Notes under the pieces: generated by a model
What the model was told of the DNA's origin: nothing
The model's database searches: none
Seen by the model: only the letters and a program-made list of their open reading frames with translations
Translations under genes and position numbers: made by a program
In this document: positions 37,654 to 52,022 of the stretch, piece by piece
Layout of the letters: every line of letters starts with the position of its first letter
How positions within the stretch are numbered: the stretch's first letter is position 1
From: Podarcis liolepis
Lineage: Eukaryota
Reading direction: 5' to 3' (one strand)
DNA: 64,000 nucleotides
NCBI GenBank assembly: GCA_965112155.1
Contig: OZ218098.1

Positions 37654-39082
37654 TACTAAACACTCTGCTTTGCAAGTGAATGTTTCTGTAACTGAAAACT
37701 TCCTGTCAGTTGGTGCTGCATGGGGGTGTGGAAGGGAGAAGAGTGATGGCAAAGGGTCAAGTTCTTTGGAGAACTCTCTTCATTCTTTTAGCACAACCAA
37801 TTCTACTCCTCTGGAATACAAAAGATAAAATCAGCGCTTGTGACTTACAGATCAGATCTACGAGCAGATGGAAGAGAAGTGAAAGCGGGTGATAAAAGAT
37901 CGCTTCAAGAATCTGCCTAGAATAGGGATGAGGAAGCTCTGGCCCTCCAGATGGTGGCTGGGGCTGATGGGTTCAATACTAGTCTGTAGGAGCAGGCAAG
38001 GGAGAATCTGGTGAACCCTTTATGTCAGGGATGGGAAACCTTTGGCCCTCCAGACATTGTTGGACTATAACTCCCAACATCCCTGACCGTTGGCCATACT
38101 GACTGAGGAAGACAGGAGCTGGAATCCAATGACATCTCAAAAGGTCACAGGTTTGCCATGCCTGGAGTGCAGGGATTAATCAGATACTAGGCATTAACAT
38201 GCAGCCAGCCGTACAAACAGGAAGAAACACATCTTTCGGGTCAAAACATATCATAAGAAGCAAGGAGAAAAAATGGGAACCGCTGTCAACACCAGCAAAA
38301 CTTATGAGCACAAGAAAAAATTAAGATGCTTCAGTATAAAGGTTTCTTAGGGTTGTGCTACACAGGAAGCAGCCTGACCATTTAAGTGGAGTGTCATCTG
38401 TATATGCTGGGGGTTGTGTCTGCTGCTATGCAGATGGTCCACCCCTGAACTAAGGCCTTTCCTTCAACTTCTTTTCATCTGGTTCTGGTAGTTTTCCATG
38501 TACATCAAAATAGAATCTTAATGGCAAAATTTATGGCGCTTGAGATTAAATGCTCAATTAAAGAATGCATTGAGATGACCTTTGCATTGGTAGTTTAGCA
38601 CAGCAATTATTAGAAAAGATGTCTGTAAATAAAATATTTTAGGCCTCGATGGTGAGGAATTGAACTCTTAACCTTTTCTGAATGGTCTTCAAATTGCCTT
38701 GCATTCAGCATCAAAGAGTAGAGCAAGACCTTTTTTTAAAAGAAAAGCTTCTTCTTTGCAAGTGGGACCTCTAGGTATCCGTAATTAAGAAAAGCTGAGG
38801 TTTGGGATCAGAGAATCTTAAAATATACAGATTTTCTTCCAAGGCTTTCTGAAGTGTCTTGCTTTGGGAGACTAAAGGCGTTCCATATCCTATTTTAACA
38901 CTTGTTGCAAAACATCGGTTCAGAAAGACCCTGCATCTGAAAGCAGGGTCCTGAAATTGCAGCCCATGGCCTTGTGGATGATGTGCACAGCTCAAGTTGC
39001 GCAATGATGCTTATCTGGGCCCTGATGAACCGAAGGGATGTCTCTTGGCCTTCTTATTTGGGCCAACATAGCACAGTGGAGA

Positions 39083-39255
39083 GGGGCTATCATTCAGTGA
39101 TAGAGCACATGCTTTGAATTAAGAAGGAAACAGGTTCAGTCCTTGGCATCTCCAGGAAGGCCTTGGAAAGACTCCTGCCTGAATCTCTGGAGAACTGCTG
39201 CCCCTCAGTGAGGATAACACTGAGTTGGATGGCCTGACTGCGCATTAGGCAGCTA
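39083..39255 (+). mobile_element. tRNA-derived SINE (Squam3-like)
   Basis: tRNA-like head followed by CCTGCCTGAA...GCTGCC...ACACTGAG. Related copies at ~13410-13580 (-), ~13600-13765 (+), ~45580-45720 (-) and ~61450-61530 (-). Confidence 0.65.
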
Positions 39256-42200
39256 AGTATAGATTTTGGGAAATGAATAGAATTGCATTAAACCACAGCT
39301 GGTTCTAGATCCCTGAATGGGTTGCACCCAATGGTGTTCAATAGGAGATGATGAAACAGGAGATTTCCAAAATAAGGAGGGAGCTTATTTTGGCTAATTC
39401 CCTCTTCTCCCTGCAGCATCTTGTGCCACCTCCCAGGCTTGTTCCAAAGCGTCCCCCAAACAGGGATGTGGGTTTTCTGGGAAAGTTGTCTAGAAAACTT
39501 TCCTATGCAGATTAAGGTAATTTGCATCAGAAAATGTTCATTGGGAAATGTTCAGGTTGCAACAGAATACTATATGATGCCCCAGAGAGCTATTTAATGT
39601 AGTTGGTTTATTTTACAGGTATTTAGTAAACAAAGTTAAAAACCTGCCTAATGTTTATTTGCACTTTGCATTAATCCATTGTTATGAATGAATGTATAAA
39701 ATTGAATTTTTTGCAAAACCAAAAACCCCTCTGCCCCACAACACTGCTCCTAACCATCTGGAGCAGATTTTTTTGGGGGTGGGGGCGTGCACAGTCTGCA
39801 GGGGGAGAGGGAAGTGGTGAAAATTGTTTTCCTTCCTGTTGTGCTGACCGAAGCCTCTGCTGCGTCAAATAACCTCCCATCAGTTCAAGGGGGAACAGCA
39901 ATGAATACAACCTATTATATGCCTTTTCTTGTGCTGAAAGAGATTGAGACCAAATCAGTTCAGAGCTGATGTAATGATGCAGCAAAGGGTGTGTGTTCTG
40001 ACATTTCCAGTTCAAACTGAGACACAGAATTATTAGCTGGCATTAGGCAAACAGTGGGTTTCCTCACCAGTATCTCCTCTTTCCATCTGAAGCATGGGAA
40101 CAATAATTCTGGCCTACCTTGCCGGGTTCTTGTGAGGATGGCTGAAATATTGCACATCAAGCATTCTGAAAATGGACAGGTACTATAGACGTAAGCCTTG
40201 CTTAGGCATTATGCCTGAACAGGAAATGCCAATACAAGTAAGGGGCATTCAGGCAGGGCAATTCCCCAATGTCCTGCCCTACCCCAACCTTCCTAAACTG
40301 AGCAGGAAAGTCTGGAAGGGGTTTCCAGGCATGCTAGACTAAATATGTTTTTAGATGCCTTCCTGCAATCAGGAAGCCCCTCTGCTATCAGAGTGCTTGT
40401 TCATGAGTAGGTCTCCGAGTGCATTGTGGGAAGGTTGTGGGTGGAGTAAGTGGAGCTGATGCATGTGGGGGCCTTAGGGGTGGGGTGAACATGCAAGCTC
40501 CCACACCTCCCTGCTCATGTTGACATTCCCTGCTAAGGCAACACGCCTGAGCGAGGCTATTCTGAGGCCACAATCCTAAACACACTTGCTAGAACATAGG
40601 GGAACGTAAATTCCACGTAAGTGTGCATAGCATCGCACTGCAAGTATGACAAATAGATTGACACAGATCAAAAAAGGAAGTGTGCATTTTGTTATCAACA
40701 GTATTCCTGCCTAACGAAGTATGCTCAGATGATAACTTGTGGGTGACTAGATCTTTGCTGCTTGCTTGAGTCCACTGAAAAGTGAACATCCTGGGGACAG
40801 TTTCATAAACCCTGATGAATTTAATTGGAGCGTTCTGTGTGTCCCTCTCTTAAAGCAGGGCGAATAATTACAAACCTAACCGTTCTGTCTGCGGCAGCAT
40901 GTTAACATTTCCACTCATTAAGTTATGTAAATGCAGAATTCAGCACATACAAATATGCAGGGGCTCGCTTATGCAGTTTTCAAACATGCAAAAACAAAAA
41001 AAAAAGGGTTGTGGGGGGAGGGCAGTTGCCAGAAGAGAACAAATCAACCCATTGTTGTAGCAAAGAGTTGGGCATAGCTATGTAAAGCAAAAATGCTTTG
41101 ATAAGGAAAGCGCTCATTCCAGTTAGCTGCAAGGGGATGAGAAAATGTGGGTCCATAGGTTTACCGTATCTGCATTCTTTCCCCTGGCTTTGCTTTAGCC
41201 ACACGACCTGATTGCTCCTACTCCAAACACCCAAATAGCTAGTTCTTTGAATACAAGACCTAGTGCCAGGATGTGTCATTCCTGCAGGGGATTTCACATC
41301 CAAGTCATTTTGCTGCAGAGCAGCAAATGCCCCTTCCCAGGTTAAGGGGCACAGGACTCCAGAGGCTGGCCAAGTTATTTTGGTGCCTGATGCAGAAAAC
41401 CTCACAACTCCCCTCTCCCACTACCTGGCATTAAAACACAACAATAAAAGCTATTTTATTTATCCGTTTGCTGCCTTTTCAGGACAACCAAATTCAACTG
41501 CTGGAGGCAGCCACCCCATTCAGCTTAATGATAGGCTGCATATGCACCATATATTTGAAGTACATGACTCCCCCCCCCCCCCAGCCGAATCTTGGGAACT
41601 GTAGTTTCTTAGCAGTGCTGATAATTTTGAGACGCCAGGAGTTGAAGACTGGGAAAAACATCACCTAGCAGAAGGAGGAACAGCTGGATACCACCCTGGG
41701 GTAAACATTTTGAATACTTTAAAGAACTCTTGTATGTACAACTGACAGACGGATAGTTGGAAGTCCTTTTTATTTATTTTTCATTTTTCTCTTCTTCCTG
41801 ATCTTCCTTTTTTATTCTTGTATTGCTTTCTCATTCCTGTATTACTTCTATCTTTGTTACTTTTCCTTTTTTGCTTTGCTCTTGCTTCTGTATTGTTTTG
41901 TTCTAGTTGTTGCTGTTGTTATTCTCTGGGCCAATGAGGGGATTTGATGCAGGTGAAGGTGATGGCTGGCTGATGAAGGACCCTGTGTGAGAAGCAGGGA
42001 AGCTCTTCCAGAGTGGAAGGGGAAGAGAAAGGGGAGCTCCCAGGTGAGAAATGGGAGGGCCCACCTCTTTCTTTGTGAGACAAGGGTTAAAGATCTACCC
42101 ATGAGAGAGGACTTTGTATTTTTCTTTTCTTCATCTTCTTTTTGTTTAGATTAGTTTGTTTTTTATTGTAATGTCTTATGAAAACTCTTAGCACAATCTT

Positions 42201-42397
42201 TTTTATATATAAAAAGAACTGTAGTTCTGTGAGAATGAACTACAGTTCCCAGGATTGTTTGGGGAAAGCCATGTGCTTTAAATGTATGGTGTGGATGCAG
42301 CCTTAGACTTAAGTTACAACAGACTTAAGTTACATGCAGCCTTAAACTTAAGTTAAAACCCATCAGAGCAAATTTAGCTGATACTAACAAACATTCA

Positions 42398-42710
42398 CAG
42401 AGCCTAGGGCTTGCCGATCAGAAGGTCAGCAGTTCGGATCCCCGCACCGGGCTGAGCTCCCATTGCTTGGTCCCTGCTCCTGCCAACCTAGCAGTTTGAA
42501 AGCACGTCAAAGTGCAAGTAGATAAATAGGTACCGCTTCAGCAGGAAGGTAAATGTTGTTTCTGTGCACTGCCAGAAGCGGCTTAGTCATGCTGACCACA
42601 TGACCCGGAAGCTGTACGCCGGCTCCCTAGGCCGGTAAAGCGAGATGAGCACGGCAACCCCAGAGTCGGCCACGACTGGACCTAAAGCTCAGGGGTCCTT
42701 TTACCTTTAC
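42398..42710 (+). mobile_element. Sauria SINE, 5'-truncated
   Basis: Highly similar to the copy at 10018. TSD CAAACATTCA at 42388-42397 and 42711-42720. Confidence 0.9.
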
Positions 42711-42895
42711 CAAACATTCAAATTTAGATAGAGGGATGAAAAATGATATGATCAATGGTTGTTATCATGGGACAATGAAATAGTGTTATATTACCATGAA
42801 GTTTGAAATAAGAGGTAATGACTATAGTTCTTTGCCTGCTGATGGATTAAAACAAGAGGTACACTTTACTCTCACTCTTAAAAATATACATTAGT

Positions 42896-43105
42896 CAGTG
42901 GTGTCCAAACATTTTTCAAAGAGGGTCAGATTTGATGAAATGAAGGACCGTGGGGTCCGACCAAAGGGCCAACCAAAAGTTGTTGAGCTTTTTAGGATTG
43001 ATTTTTTTAGGATTGAAGTTTTTGAGCTTTTTTAGAGTTGGAGCTGGAGTTGTTGTTGACCGGTGGGCTGGATTAGGCCCCCGAAATGGACTTTTGACAT
43101 GCCTG
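42896..43105. mobile_element. hAT-like MITE
   Basis: CAGTGGTGTCCAAA / TTTTGACATGCCTG ends, flanked by CATTAG repeats. Confidence 0.6.
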
Positions 43106-45994
43106 CATTAGATGTTTCCCTCATCAACTCTTAGGGAGCAGTAGGCAGGCATTGCCCTAACAGCTGTGAGGTAGCTCAGTTAATGCTGCCTCCCAGTGTC
43201 ACATCCAACCATCTTCCCAGTCAGTCAGGACTCAGAGATGGGGTTGTGCCCCTGGGCCTTTCAGCTGAAGCACACTTTGCATCAACACGTCCTTATAGCT
43301 TTCCTTTGGGATGCTTTGCTTTTCAGAGCTCACTTTGTTTCCAAAGCTGTTTTGGACTCTTGTTTCTTTAAGTGACTAAACACTTTTTGCTGTCCTTCTG
43401 CAGCAGCGAAGCTTATATACCCTTTCTAGTTTTGAAATTGAAACAGAACTCCAGCAAAGCTTACATCCTCCTGAAACAACCTCTTACAATCCCATTAATT
43501 ATTTCATTTTCTTTAAAAAACAAAGCAAGCAAGCAAACCAACCAACCAACCAACCAACCAACCGTACTTCAGTCACTTGATCCCCTGAAAGCACTTGGGT
43601 ACAAAACCCTACATCTGAAAAAAGAAAAAGAAAACCACTACAGGTGATTGATCACCCAGCACCCACAGTTCAGTTATTTAAGAAGGCTACCCCTTCTGGG
43701 ACCAGACTACTAGAGGAATCTGTGGCACCAGTTGAAGATCCAGACTAGGACTACATGTATACCTTAAATAAAATCTGATGCTTTGCACCATCTGACAAGA
43801 TTCCAACAGAAGCAGCAGAACGATGCTCATAGGTAGTCACTTTGCACCCTGAAGCATACACTAAAAGGAAGGTGTACTTTAAAGAAGGCCTCTTGAAACA
43901 GTAACCCATCAAGCCCACAGTCCATCTGTGGCAGCAACCCACCAGTCTGAAGAGAAACAAGAAAACCACACAGAGCAAATAGGACCTTACCACAGTACCT
44001 GCATTTCCCCATTTCGACTTATGCCACTAAAACCTGCCTGAAGTCAATGTCTGGTATAAGAGAACCTCTTATTTGGTCTGTTGCCTCTATACAGCATTCG
44101 CAATGGCAGACAGCACGGAAAATATGGTTCTGGAAAATACCTGGCACACTCTTGGAGCTAAGTGAAGGCTGCTTCAGAGTACAATAGTTTTCGCCCAATT
44201 GTTCCAACACATTCGATCCAATCTAGTTGTCTCCACAGTGCATGAGGGGCCGCCGCCACACTAACAGAAGTGCGAAGGCTTTGCTCAGTAACTCCAGCTG
44301 TGCCTCTGAGCTCCTGAACACAGAAGGGACTGCTGGATTGTGGGAAATCCATTCTAATCATCGAGGGCACATTGGAGCTGCAGTGGAGGCTAACTTTAAT
44401 TTGGCAGCATATGGAAGCCCCAGCAGAATGGAGACAGCAAAGAGCAAAGCAATAGGAAATGGCAGTAAACCCAAGCTGCAGAAGCTGGGAAAACTCTGAA
44501 CAAAGTGTCTTGAAGGTCAAAGGCGAATGAGAGAAGTGGGGAATTCTCTCATATGTCTATCCAACATGGTTCTAGGTGGAGGAGCTTCTGAAAGACGTTT
44601 AAACACAGCCACAAATGGAGATAAAACTACCTCTGTTCCCCACCATTCTTCCTTGCCTGGATAATCAGGTGATTATCAGCGCAACAAGAAACCCTTTATT
44701 ATTTTGACCTGGATGGAAAACATATTGCTGATAATGGGCATGCAGATGCCAAAAAGGCAGAAAGGAATGGAAAGGTGTGTCGCTTTTGAGGAGTTCCCAG
44801 TCTTACTGTAATTAGTTTAAAATTAAATGGAAAAAAGTGGGAGGGGAGAAACCACATACAGGAAAGTGCAGGTAAAACAGGAGGGGCGGGGAGCTGATAA
44901 GAAATCATGACGAAGTCTCCATGCAAGGCATCCCTTACGAGAAGCTACAAGGCTTGACATAATACACTAAATGGAAGAGGGTTTGTGCTACTTTCCCCAG
45001 TCATTAGTTACTGCCATGGTTATGAAAAATAAAGATATTCATAGGTAATGTTACACAAGATCACATATTTGTCCTGAAGGTTGTTTAGAATGGGATTTTA
45101 ATGCCTTATGTTTAGTTTGAGAGATCCTTGTGGAGGAGCTGTAACTCCACAGTGGATCCCATGCTAGGTCCCAGGATCAAGCTCTCACATCTCCAGTTAA
45201 AGGTCCTTAGGGTCAAACTACACATTACACCTTCTCCTTAGCATGCAGCTGTGTCTCCAGGTGTCCTCCCCTTACTTAATTGCAGGTGTGGCCCTCCGCT
45301 GGATTGATATTAGAACTGCAACGGGTGGGGAGGGGAGGCAATGAGAACTTAGTGCCAGTGGGAACTTTTGAACTAATCCCCATAGCTGTGTTTCTCCTAG
45401 GGAGGGATGAGCTGAACAGCAACATCAGGGTCCTCCATGGCTGCAAATAAGAAAAAACAGAGATGTAGCTGCGCATTGTGCATCAAGTGTATTTTGTCAT
45501 TTGACCCTGAGGTAGAAGAGTTGAGAAAGGAGGATCGGGCAGACGGCCAGTGTCCGCCATTGATGTACGAGCCTAGGAAACTGCCTTATACCAAATCTGA
45601 CCATTGGTCCATAGAGCTCAGCATTGTCCACAGAGACTGACAACACACCTCTCTAGGATTTCAGAAAGGGGGTCTTTCCCAGTCCCACCAGGGATTGAAC
45701 CCTGACCCTTTGGCAATCAAGCCATTTGCCCCTTCCCAATGACCAGGCTCAGAACCAGGCAGCTTCTAGTTCACATGATCCTCGCAGAGGATGCTCAGAG
45801 TGGGTCTTCCTCACATTGACTGCTGTTTATAGGGATGCCAAACATGGAGCTTCAAGGAGAAAGGAAGAGAGAAGTGCTTTCAGTCAGCAAGAAGCCCCCC
45901 CAAATAACTTAATTTCCATGTTCACACAGCAGCAAGCAGCAGGCAGGAGTCAAGAAGTGCTCAGAGATGCAAGCATGTCCTTCCCGACAGATAC

Positions 45995-46084
45995 CTTCTT
46001 CTTTGCCAGCAACAAGTCTTGGTAAGCGTTAGAACGGAGGAAACGTGCATAGCTGTCGCTCTTCATCAGCTTGTAAATGTGCTC
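45995..46084 (-). CDS. RGS6: RGS6 coding exon, end of RGS domain: [30 protein letters not shown]
   Basis: Acceptor tcttcccttcccacAG, donor AAG|GTATCT. 90 nt, phase 0/0. Contains the RGS-domain LMxxDSYxRF motif. Confidence 0.96.
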
Positions 46085-46469
46085 CTGTGGGAAGGGAAGA
46101 AACAACGGGCTGAGATTTGTTACCTAGTCAACATTTCCTGGGCACCTAGAAAAGAGAAACACCAAAGAGGCTTCCTGGATACGAAGCAGGCATTTATGAA
46201 TACTATACAATATTTATTATTTGCGCATTTATCTAAAACATTTCCATCTCATCTTTCAGTCAGCAGACCCTCAAAGCATCCTATCAGAAGCCAGATAGAA
46301 CTCATTTCAGGAACAGACTTGATCACCCAAAATATAGATGATTAACACAGCTACTGATACACAGATGTTCTCTACTGGTGAAGATGGGGCCATTGAGAAC
46401 ACTTTGAATCTTCTAGACTTGTATCTGCCATTGGAGCATGTTTACAGTACAAACATTATTGCTGTAGTC

Positions 46470-46592
46470 CAGCCTTCCCCAACCTGATGCCCTCCAAATG
46501 TCATTGGACTCCAAGTCCCACCAGTCCCAACCAGCATGGCAAAAGAGCTGTAGTTCAACAATACCTGGATGGTGCTTGGTTGGGGAAGGCTG
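46470..46592. mobile_element. Palindromic hAT-type MITE of an abundant old family
   Basis: TIR CAGCCTTCCCCAACC / GGTTGGGGAAGGCTG. Degenerate relatives near 10445, 15235, 19500, 22170, 24470, 26240, 29335, 38025 and 60885. Confidence 0.7.
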
Positions 46593-46758
46593 AGGTAGAG
46601 TGAATGATCCTGGTACAGAAGCACCTCTGCACACATATACCTCTGCTTCAAACATATACACAGTTCTCCTTTCCTATTCCATCCACCCCTATTCCATCAA
46701 GCTATTGCACATATTTACAAGTTCCTGTCACCAGTCAATACCACCTGCACTTGATATC

Positions 46759-47539
46759 TGTCACAGAGCGAGCCAGGCAGCAAATCACACAGGTCAAAGT
46801 TGGTGTTCACACTTTATTAGCAAAAATACAATCTTCACTGACTTGGCTGAGTGTCAGGCCTACTGAGCACACCAGCTCCTTCCTTGTAGGTCTTACTCCA
46901 TGAAACCAGTTGCCAAGACTAAAGGTTTCTACCTCCCCAAGCCATCTACTGTATGTCTCCTCCTCTCCAGGGCCTTTCCCAAGCAATCGGATACTACTTC
47001 TGCGTGCAGCCTGCCTTTGCTCCGCACTTTTCATGCCGCTTGTGGTTCTGGGAGTCAGGGAGGGAGGGAGGGAGCTTGTCGCAGCAAGAGAGAGAGATGC
47101 CTGTGACTCTTCACCAGCCTGACTCATCTCTGCCTCTTGCCCTTTCCCACCCCACTTGCTTGCTTCAGCTTCTACCTGATTCTGGAGCACTGGTGGAGGA
47201 AAGGGGGGGCAGGGGGAGCGTACCACCCCCGGCACCATCGGGGAGGGGGGGTACCATCGCGGCCACCCCCCGGACACGTGCCATGCATCCCCCCACCACC
47301 CGGGCAGCACGCCCCTGCAGGTGGCACACCACACCCCCAGGACTCACACCATGCCCCTGGGACGCGCGCCACACCCCTGCAGATGGTGTGCCACACCCCT
47401 GGGACGTGCACCAGCCATGCCCCTGCCTGCTCTCCGCCCCCCGTGTCGGAGCGTGCAGCTTTGCCACTGTTCTGGACTTCTCTCTGCCACAGATTCTCCC
47501 AGTGCCTTAGTTTTCCCAGAGTGCCTCTTTGTTGTCACA
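46759..47539 (-). mobile_element. Degenerate solo LTR-like element interrupted by a hAT MITE
   Basis: Minus strand starts TGTGAC and ends TGACA. AATAAA at 46818-46813, ~55 nt from the end. Purine-rich minus strand. No TSD recognisable. Confidence 0.45.
47188..47469. mobile_element. GC-rich hAT MITE
   Basis: Imperfect TIRs CACTGGTGGAG / CTTTGCCACTG. 8-bp TSD TTCTGGAG/TTCTGGAC. Confidence 0.8.
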
Positions 47540-47734
47540 TAAGTCTTCTACATCCACATTGCACTGCTCAAAAAGCAGCAGCAGCAGCAGCAGCAGAACA
47601 AAACAAACCACAAAACACCAAGCCAACTGATGAACAGTTATTTTTGCAGATAACCAAATATGACTCGTCTCTAAGAGCTGCCTATCTTGGGACTGGTAAA
47701 CCACTGCAACTCTATTATTTTCACTGGCAGGCAG

Positions 47735-47862
47735 CAGGGCTTTTTTTTCCAGCCGGAACTCAGTTCTGGCACCTCTCAGGTGGGCACCACTGCCACTTTA
47801 AGAGAACAAGGGAGGCGTTCACGGCGAGTTCCGGTACCTCTTTTTCTAGAAAAATAGCACCA
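47735..47862. mobile_element. Short hAT MITE
   Basis: CAGGGCTTTTTT...AAAAATAGCAC ends. TSD GCAGGCAG/GCAGGCGG. Confidence 0.7.
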
Positions 47863-50800
47863 GCAGGCGGTAATGGTTTAAAATTATTCCCAAGCTTGGA
47901 ATGTTAAGAAAATGCAGAAGGAATAAATTAGCAAAAGTCTCTTCTCTGACTGCAAAGTTTTGCAAGCTCCCCTTTCCAGATGAAGGGCTGGCCCAAGAAT
48001 GGCAGAACTCATTTTCATCCTTTGTGCAACTTCTGCTGGGGAAGCTGCACTCGCCTTTGCAACCTGCAGAGAGTGCCCTCCAGCTGTCGCTGCTTCAGCG
48101 TCGCTCTCGCTGTCATACCTGAGAGAGCAGCCGTCTGCAAGGGCTCTGGCTTGAATTATAGCTTCAGCAATAGTTAAGCCGTCCTTATGCAGGCAGTGGA
48201 TAGAAAATCTTAGAGCAACAGATTATATTGATTAAAGTCTGCACCCCTATGGAGATGCCAATAATATCTGCTGATGCTACAGGACTGCTAAAATGTGTGC
48301 GCAGCCCATAAAGAAAATATGCAATTAGTTCTTGGCATTGAACAACAGATTGCAAGGGCAGGGGAGTTGGCAAAGTCTTCTCTCCCATTGTCCCCCTGGA
48401 CCTGTCCCAGGGCACCTACTGTTACTCACAGTTAATTACATCATCATTTTGAAAGACCCAAGTAATGACTTGAACCCTAGCACCTGGATAGAGCAGTTTC
48501 CAATAACAGCAGGGGTTTCCAGCATGGTGCCCACGGACACCATAGCACCCATTAAAGATCACAATAAATATCTTCTCAAAAATCTACTGTGCATGAGAGA
48601 CTGTTTGCCCTTCCTGATCAGTTTCCGTCATCAATGAGCTAAACTGCCCCTGAACATGGAGGTTCCATTTAGCTGCCATGGCTTATAGATTTTGATAGAG
48701 CTGTTTTTATAGGAACACCGATGTGTGAATCCACATTACATCAAATGTACGAAGCTAATGTGGATATATAAAAAATGAAAGATTTAGAAAAAGCGGCCCG
48801 AGGGCAGGGGATAAATTCAGAATTCCTATTTTCTAACTTCAGTTTTGATATGTGGATGTCTAGTACACATCCAAACCCCCCAGTCTGAGAGGATTTGAAA
48901 GCACGCAGATGCAATTTCTCCCTGTGTAACTTGTGTTAGATATTTATGATTTTATTTGCCCTGAATACTTGAAGGAAAACTTTTACCCTTTTCAGCCCGT
49001 TGCTTCTGCCTCACACAGCTCTTAGGGTGAATTTGTTCTTTCCCCTGTCTCAGCTCCATGTGCTTTGAACACCAGTCTGGGTGAAACAAAGGAGAATTCT
49101 TTTCCTTCTGCTCCTTCTTTTTGTACAAAATGCATATCTCTGAGTCCTGAAGGGAAGCCAGGAGGCCCCTAACGCTGCAAAGGGGCCTGACCTTCCCAGA
49201 CCTTACTGTAATTCTATCACCATTGAAGGTTACATCTGTTTCTACTGAAAATGTAACTCAGTCCAGCTGGTCTCTCTCCTGTCCCTTATTCTGGCATAGA
49301 GAAGAATGGAATGGGGGAAAACTTCATGTATCAGGCTGTTTAAAGACACCAGAGTAGGCCTAGTAACAAAACCATGACAGCCTGTGCTATCCCATTCATA
49401 TCTTCTGTCAGGCAGACTAATAATAATAATAATAGTTTTATTATTTTATTTGTACTCTGCCCATCTAACTTTGTTGCCCCAGCCACCCTGGGCAGCTTTC
49501 AACAAAATATAAAAACACAGTAAGACAACAAACATAATAAACTTCCCTATACAGGGCTGCCTTCAGATGTCTTCTAGAAGTCGTACTATTCATTTACTCA
49601 CTCATTCATTTAAATATTTCTAATCTGCAACATTTAAAATATATAATAAACTCAATCCATAAATAGCCATAAGATATTATTTGAAACACCAGTAGATATA
49701 TGACTGGTTAAAAAGAGAAATCCATATTGCAAAGGCTTGCCTAAATAGTGCCATTTTCAGAAGGCAGGGATAGCTCCCTGCTGAACCTCCACTGGCAGGG
49801 AGTTCCACAGGGCAGAGACTGCCATGTGAAGGCCCTAGTGAAGGACAGCTGAACCTCAGGGGCACGGGGAACCACCAGAAGTGCCCCACCAGAAGAGCAG
49901 ACTAGACTTTGAAGGCCCATCTTTGAAGAATTAAAGCTTTCGGAAGACCTAGGCACCCGCCTCTGGAGGAGCAAGAAGCAGCAATGGCAGTGGCTTCCAG
50001 TGAGATCTCGTGAGAGCTCCACAAATCTCATGAGATCACACTGGAAGCCATCATTGCGCAATCCCAGCAAGTGAGGCTTTGGCAGGGCGGCAGCACTTTC
50101 CTGTTTCACATCAGCCGGGAAAATGGGATGGGGCTGTTGGTTGGTGTTGCAATATGATTGACTTTGTGAGTATAAAGAGTAAAGAACACGAAGATATAAT
50201 GGTTGATAACCTATGCCCCATCCCCGCCATGCTAATAAATCAGTCAGAAAAGTCTAGGAGGAAATCTCCAAGCACCAAGGCTGACAACTGAGGAGGGAGG
50301 GAAGTAAAACCTTGCTATAAAGATATGGCTCCCGCATTTCCCTCCTGTTACGTACAAGCCATATCTCTGGGAAGAGATGAAGGACATTTTTCTAGAACCA
50401 AATGGAAAGGAACACAAAACCACAGCAACCCTGATCTCCAGATGGGTATGTGGGAGGTGGGATAAGATGGAGGCTGCTTCGATAAGGCACCTGCTTCAAA
50501 TCAATCCACGGCAGGAAGATCTCAAGGCTCCCTCTCCTCCTACACAACCGTTGAACAACAACAACCCTGGCTAGGACACAGGGTGGGCAACCAGCCAGTC
50601 AGGGCCTTGAATGTACTAGACAAACATCCTGGGAACAGCTGAACTGTTTAAAATTGTGTCACTTTTATCTCTGTCTTCTGCGCTGAGTATTCAACAGAGC
50701 TAATCAGAATATAAGAAAGCATCCCTATTTTCCTTTTGTTGTGCAAACCGAAGAACTCCCCCCCCCACTCTTTTTTCATGCGCTTGAAGAAAGAACAAGG

Positions 50801-51834
50801 GGAAAAGAGGTTTCCCTTGCCTTTCATAACATCTCTGGAAAAGCAAGAGACATGGCACTGTCCTGGGACCCCTGACCTGGTTTGCCAATAGGCTTGTGGC
50901 CACTACTGTAATTGCCAAAAAGGCCCCGGGGCAAAACCATGCGATTCTGGTGCATCATGGGCAATTATAATGGCAGCCACTGACACTAATATCACCACCA
51001 CTGGCAGAAGGTCCCATTCACAGGCCCCTCGTTCCTCCTGGAAATAAACAGGAGGACAAAGCATCCTTAACCACTTGGCAACAGTGAGGGGGATGATCCA
51101 CCAGCATGAGAGACATGACAAAGGAAGCCATATTTACAGCACTGTAATCCTGGAGTTGTGCCTGCCCATATTAGGGCTCTGTAGATCTCTTGCTTTTTCT
51201 GCCTGCCCAAGACTGCAAAAATGAGGCTGTCAGAGAGGTTGTCACAATAAATGGTTCATGACTGGTGCTCAATTTGTTGTGTCACAAGTGGCTTGGTCTC
51301 ATGTAAGTACTTCAGGCCAAGCAGGCAGCTGCCTAAATGTACTCTTCTTCTTCTAACTCCACCTGCAGCCGCATTTTTAAACATTCAATGGTAGTAGTTC
51401 TACTATAGGAGTAGCTGGCTTTGCTATTGGATTAAATACATTTGCTGCTTGACTTGTAGCTACATAGTCATAGAAGGAAAAAGTACCACGAGTTCATTTT
51501 CTGTTTCTAGATAGTTTATGAGTGTCAGCACCTAGGCTTGGACAATATTGTCCCTTCAGCGGCAAGGCAGCCTGCGGCTGCAATACAAGATACCAAAGAA
51601 CATAAAATTGGAACTATGTGGCATTTTTTCCTGGGTCAATTTCTGATGCAGCCAAAGTGTGCATCTTTCCAGGTGACACTGAACCTTTCGTCAGACAGAA
51701 GGGAGGGGAAACAGTTTTAAGCTATTGTAAAGAGCAATGCTATTGACAAAACCATTCCTGTAGAGATGCAAAGACCAGAAATGGTCAGAGTCAGTGCCTG
51801 CTTTGAGAGCTGGCTTTATTCTTCCTACTGTATA

Positions 51835-52022
51835 CAGTGGTACCTTGGGTTACATACGCTTCAGGTTACAGACTCTGCTAACCCAGAAATAGTGCTTCAG
51901 GTTAAGAACTTTGCTTCAGGATGAGAACAGAAATTGTGCTCTGGCGGCGCGGCAGCAGCAGCAACAGGAGTTTCAGGTTCGACCTCCAGAACGAATTAAG
52001 TACTTAACCTGAGGTACCACTG
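51835..52022. mobile_element. Tc1/mariner MITE, same family, internally deleted, opposite orientation to the 56783 copy
   Basis: CAGTGGTACCT TIRs, TA TSD, shared internal sequence. Confidence 0.88.

Noticed and set aside
46953-47907. Several long overlapping ORFs (185 and 256 aa)
   Set aside because: Explained by a GC-rich hAT MITE and a (GCA)n tract. No splice or homology support.
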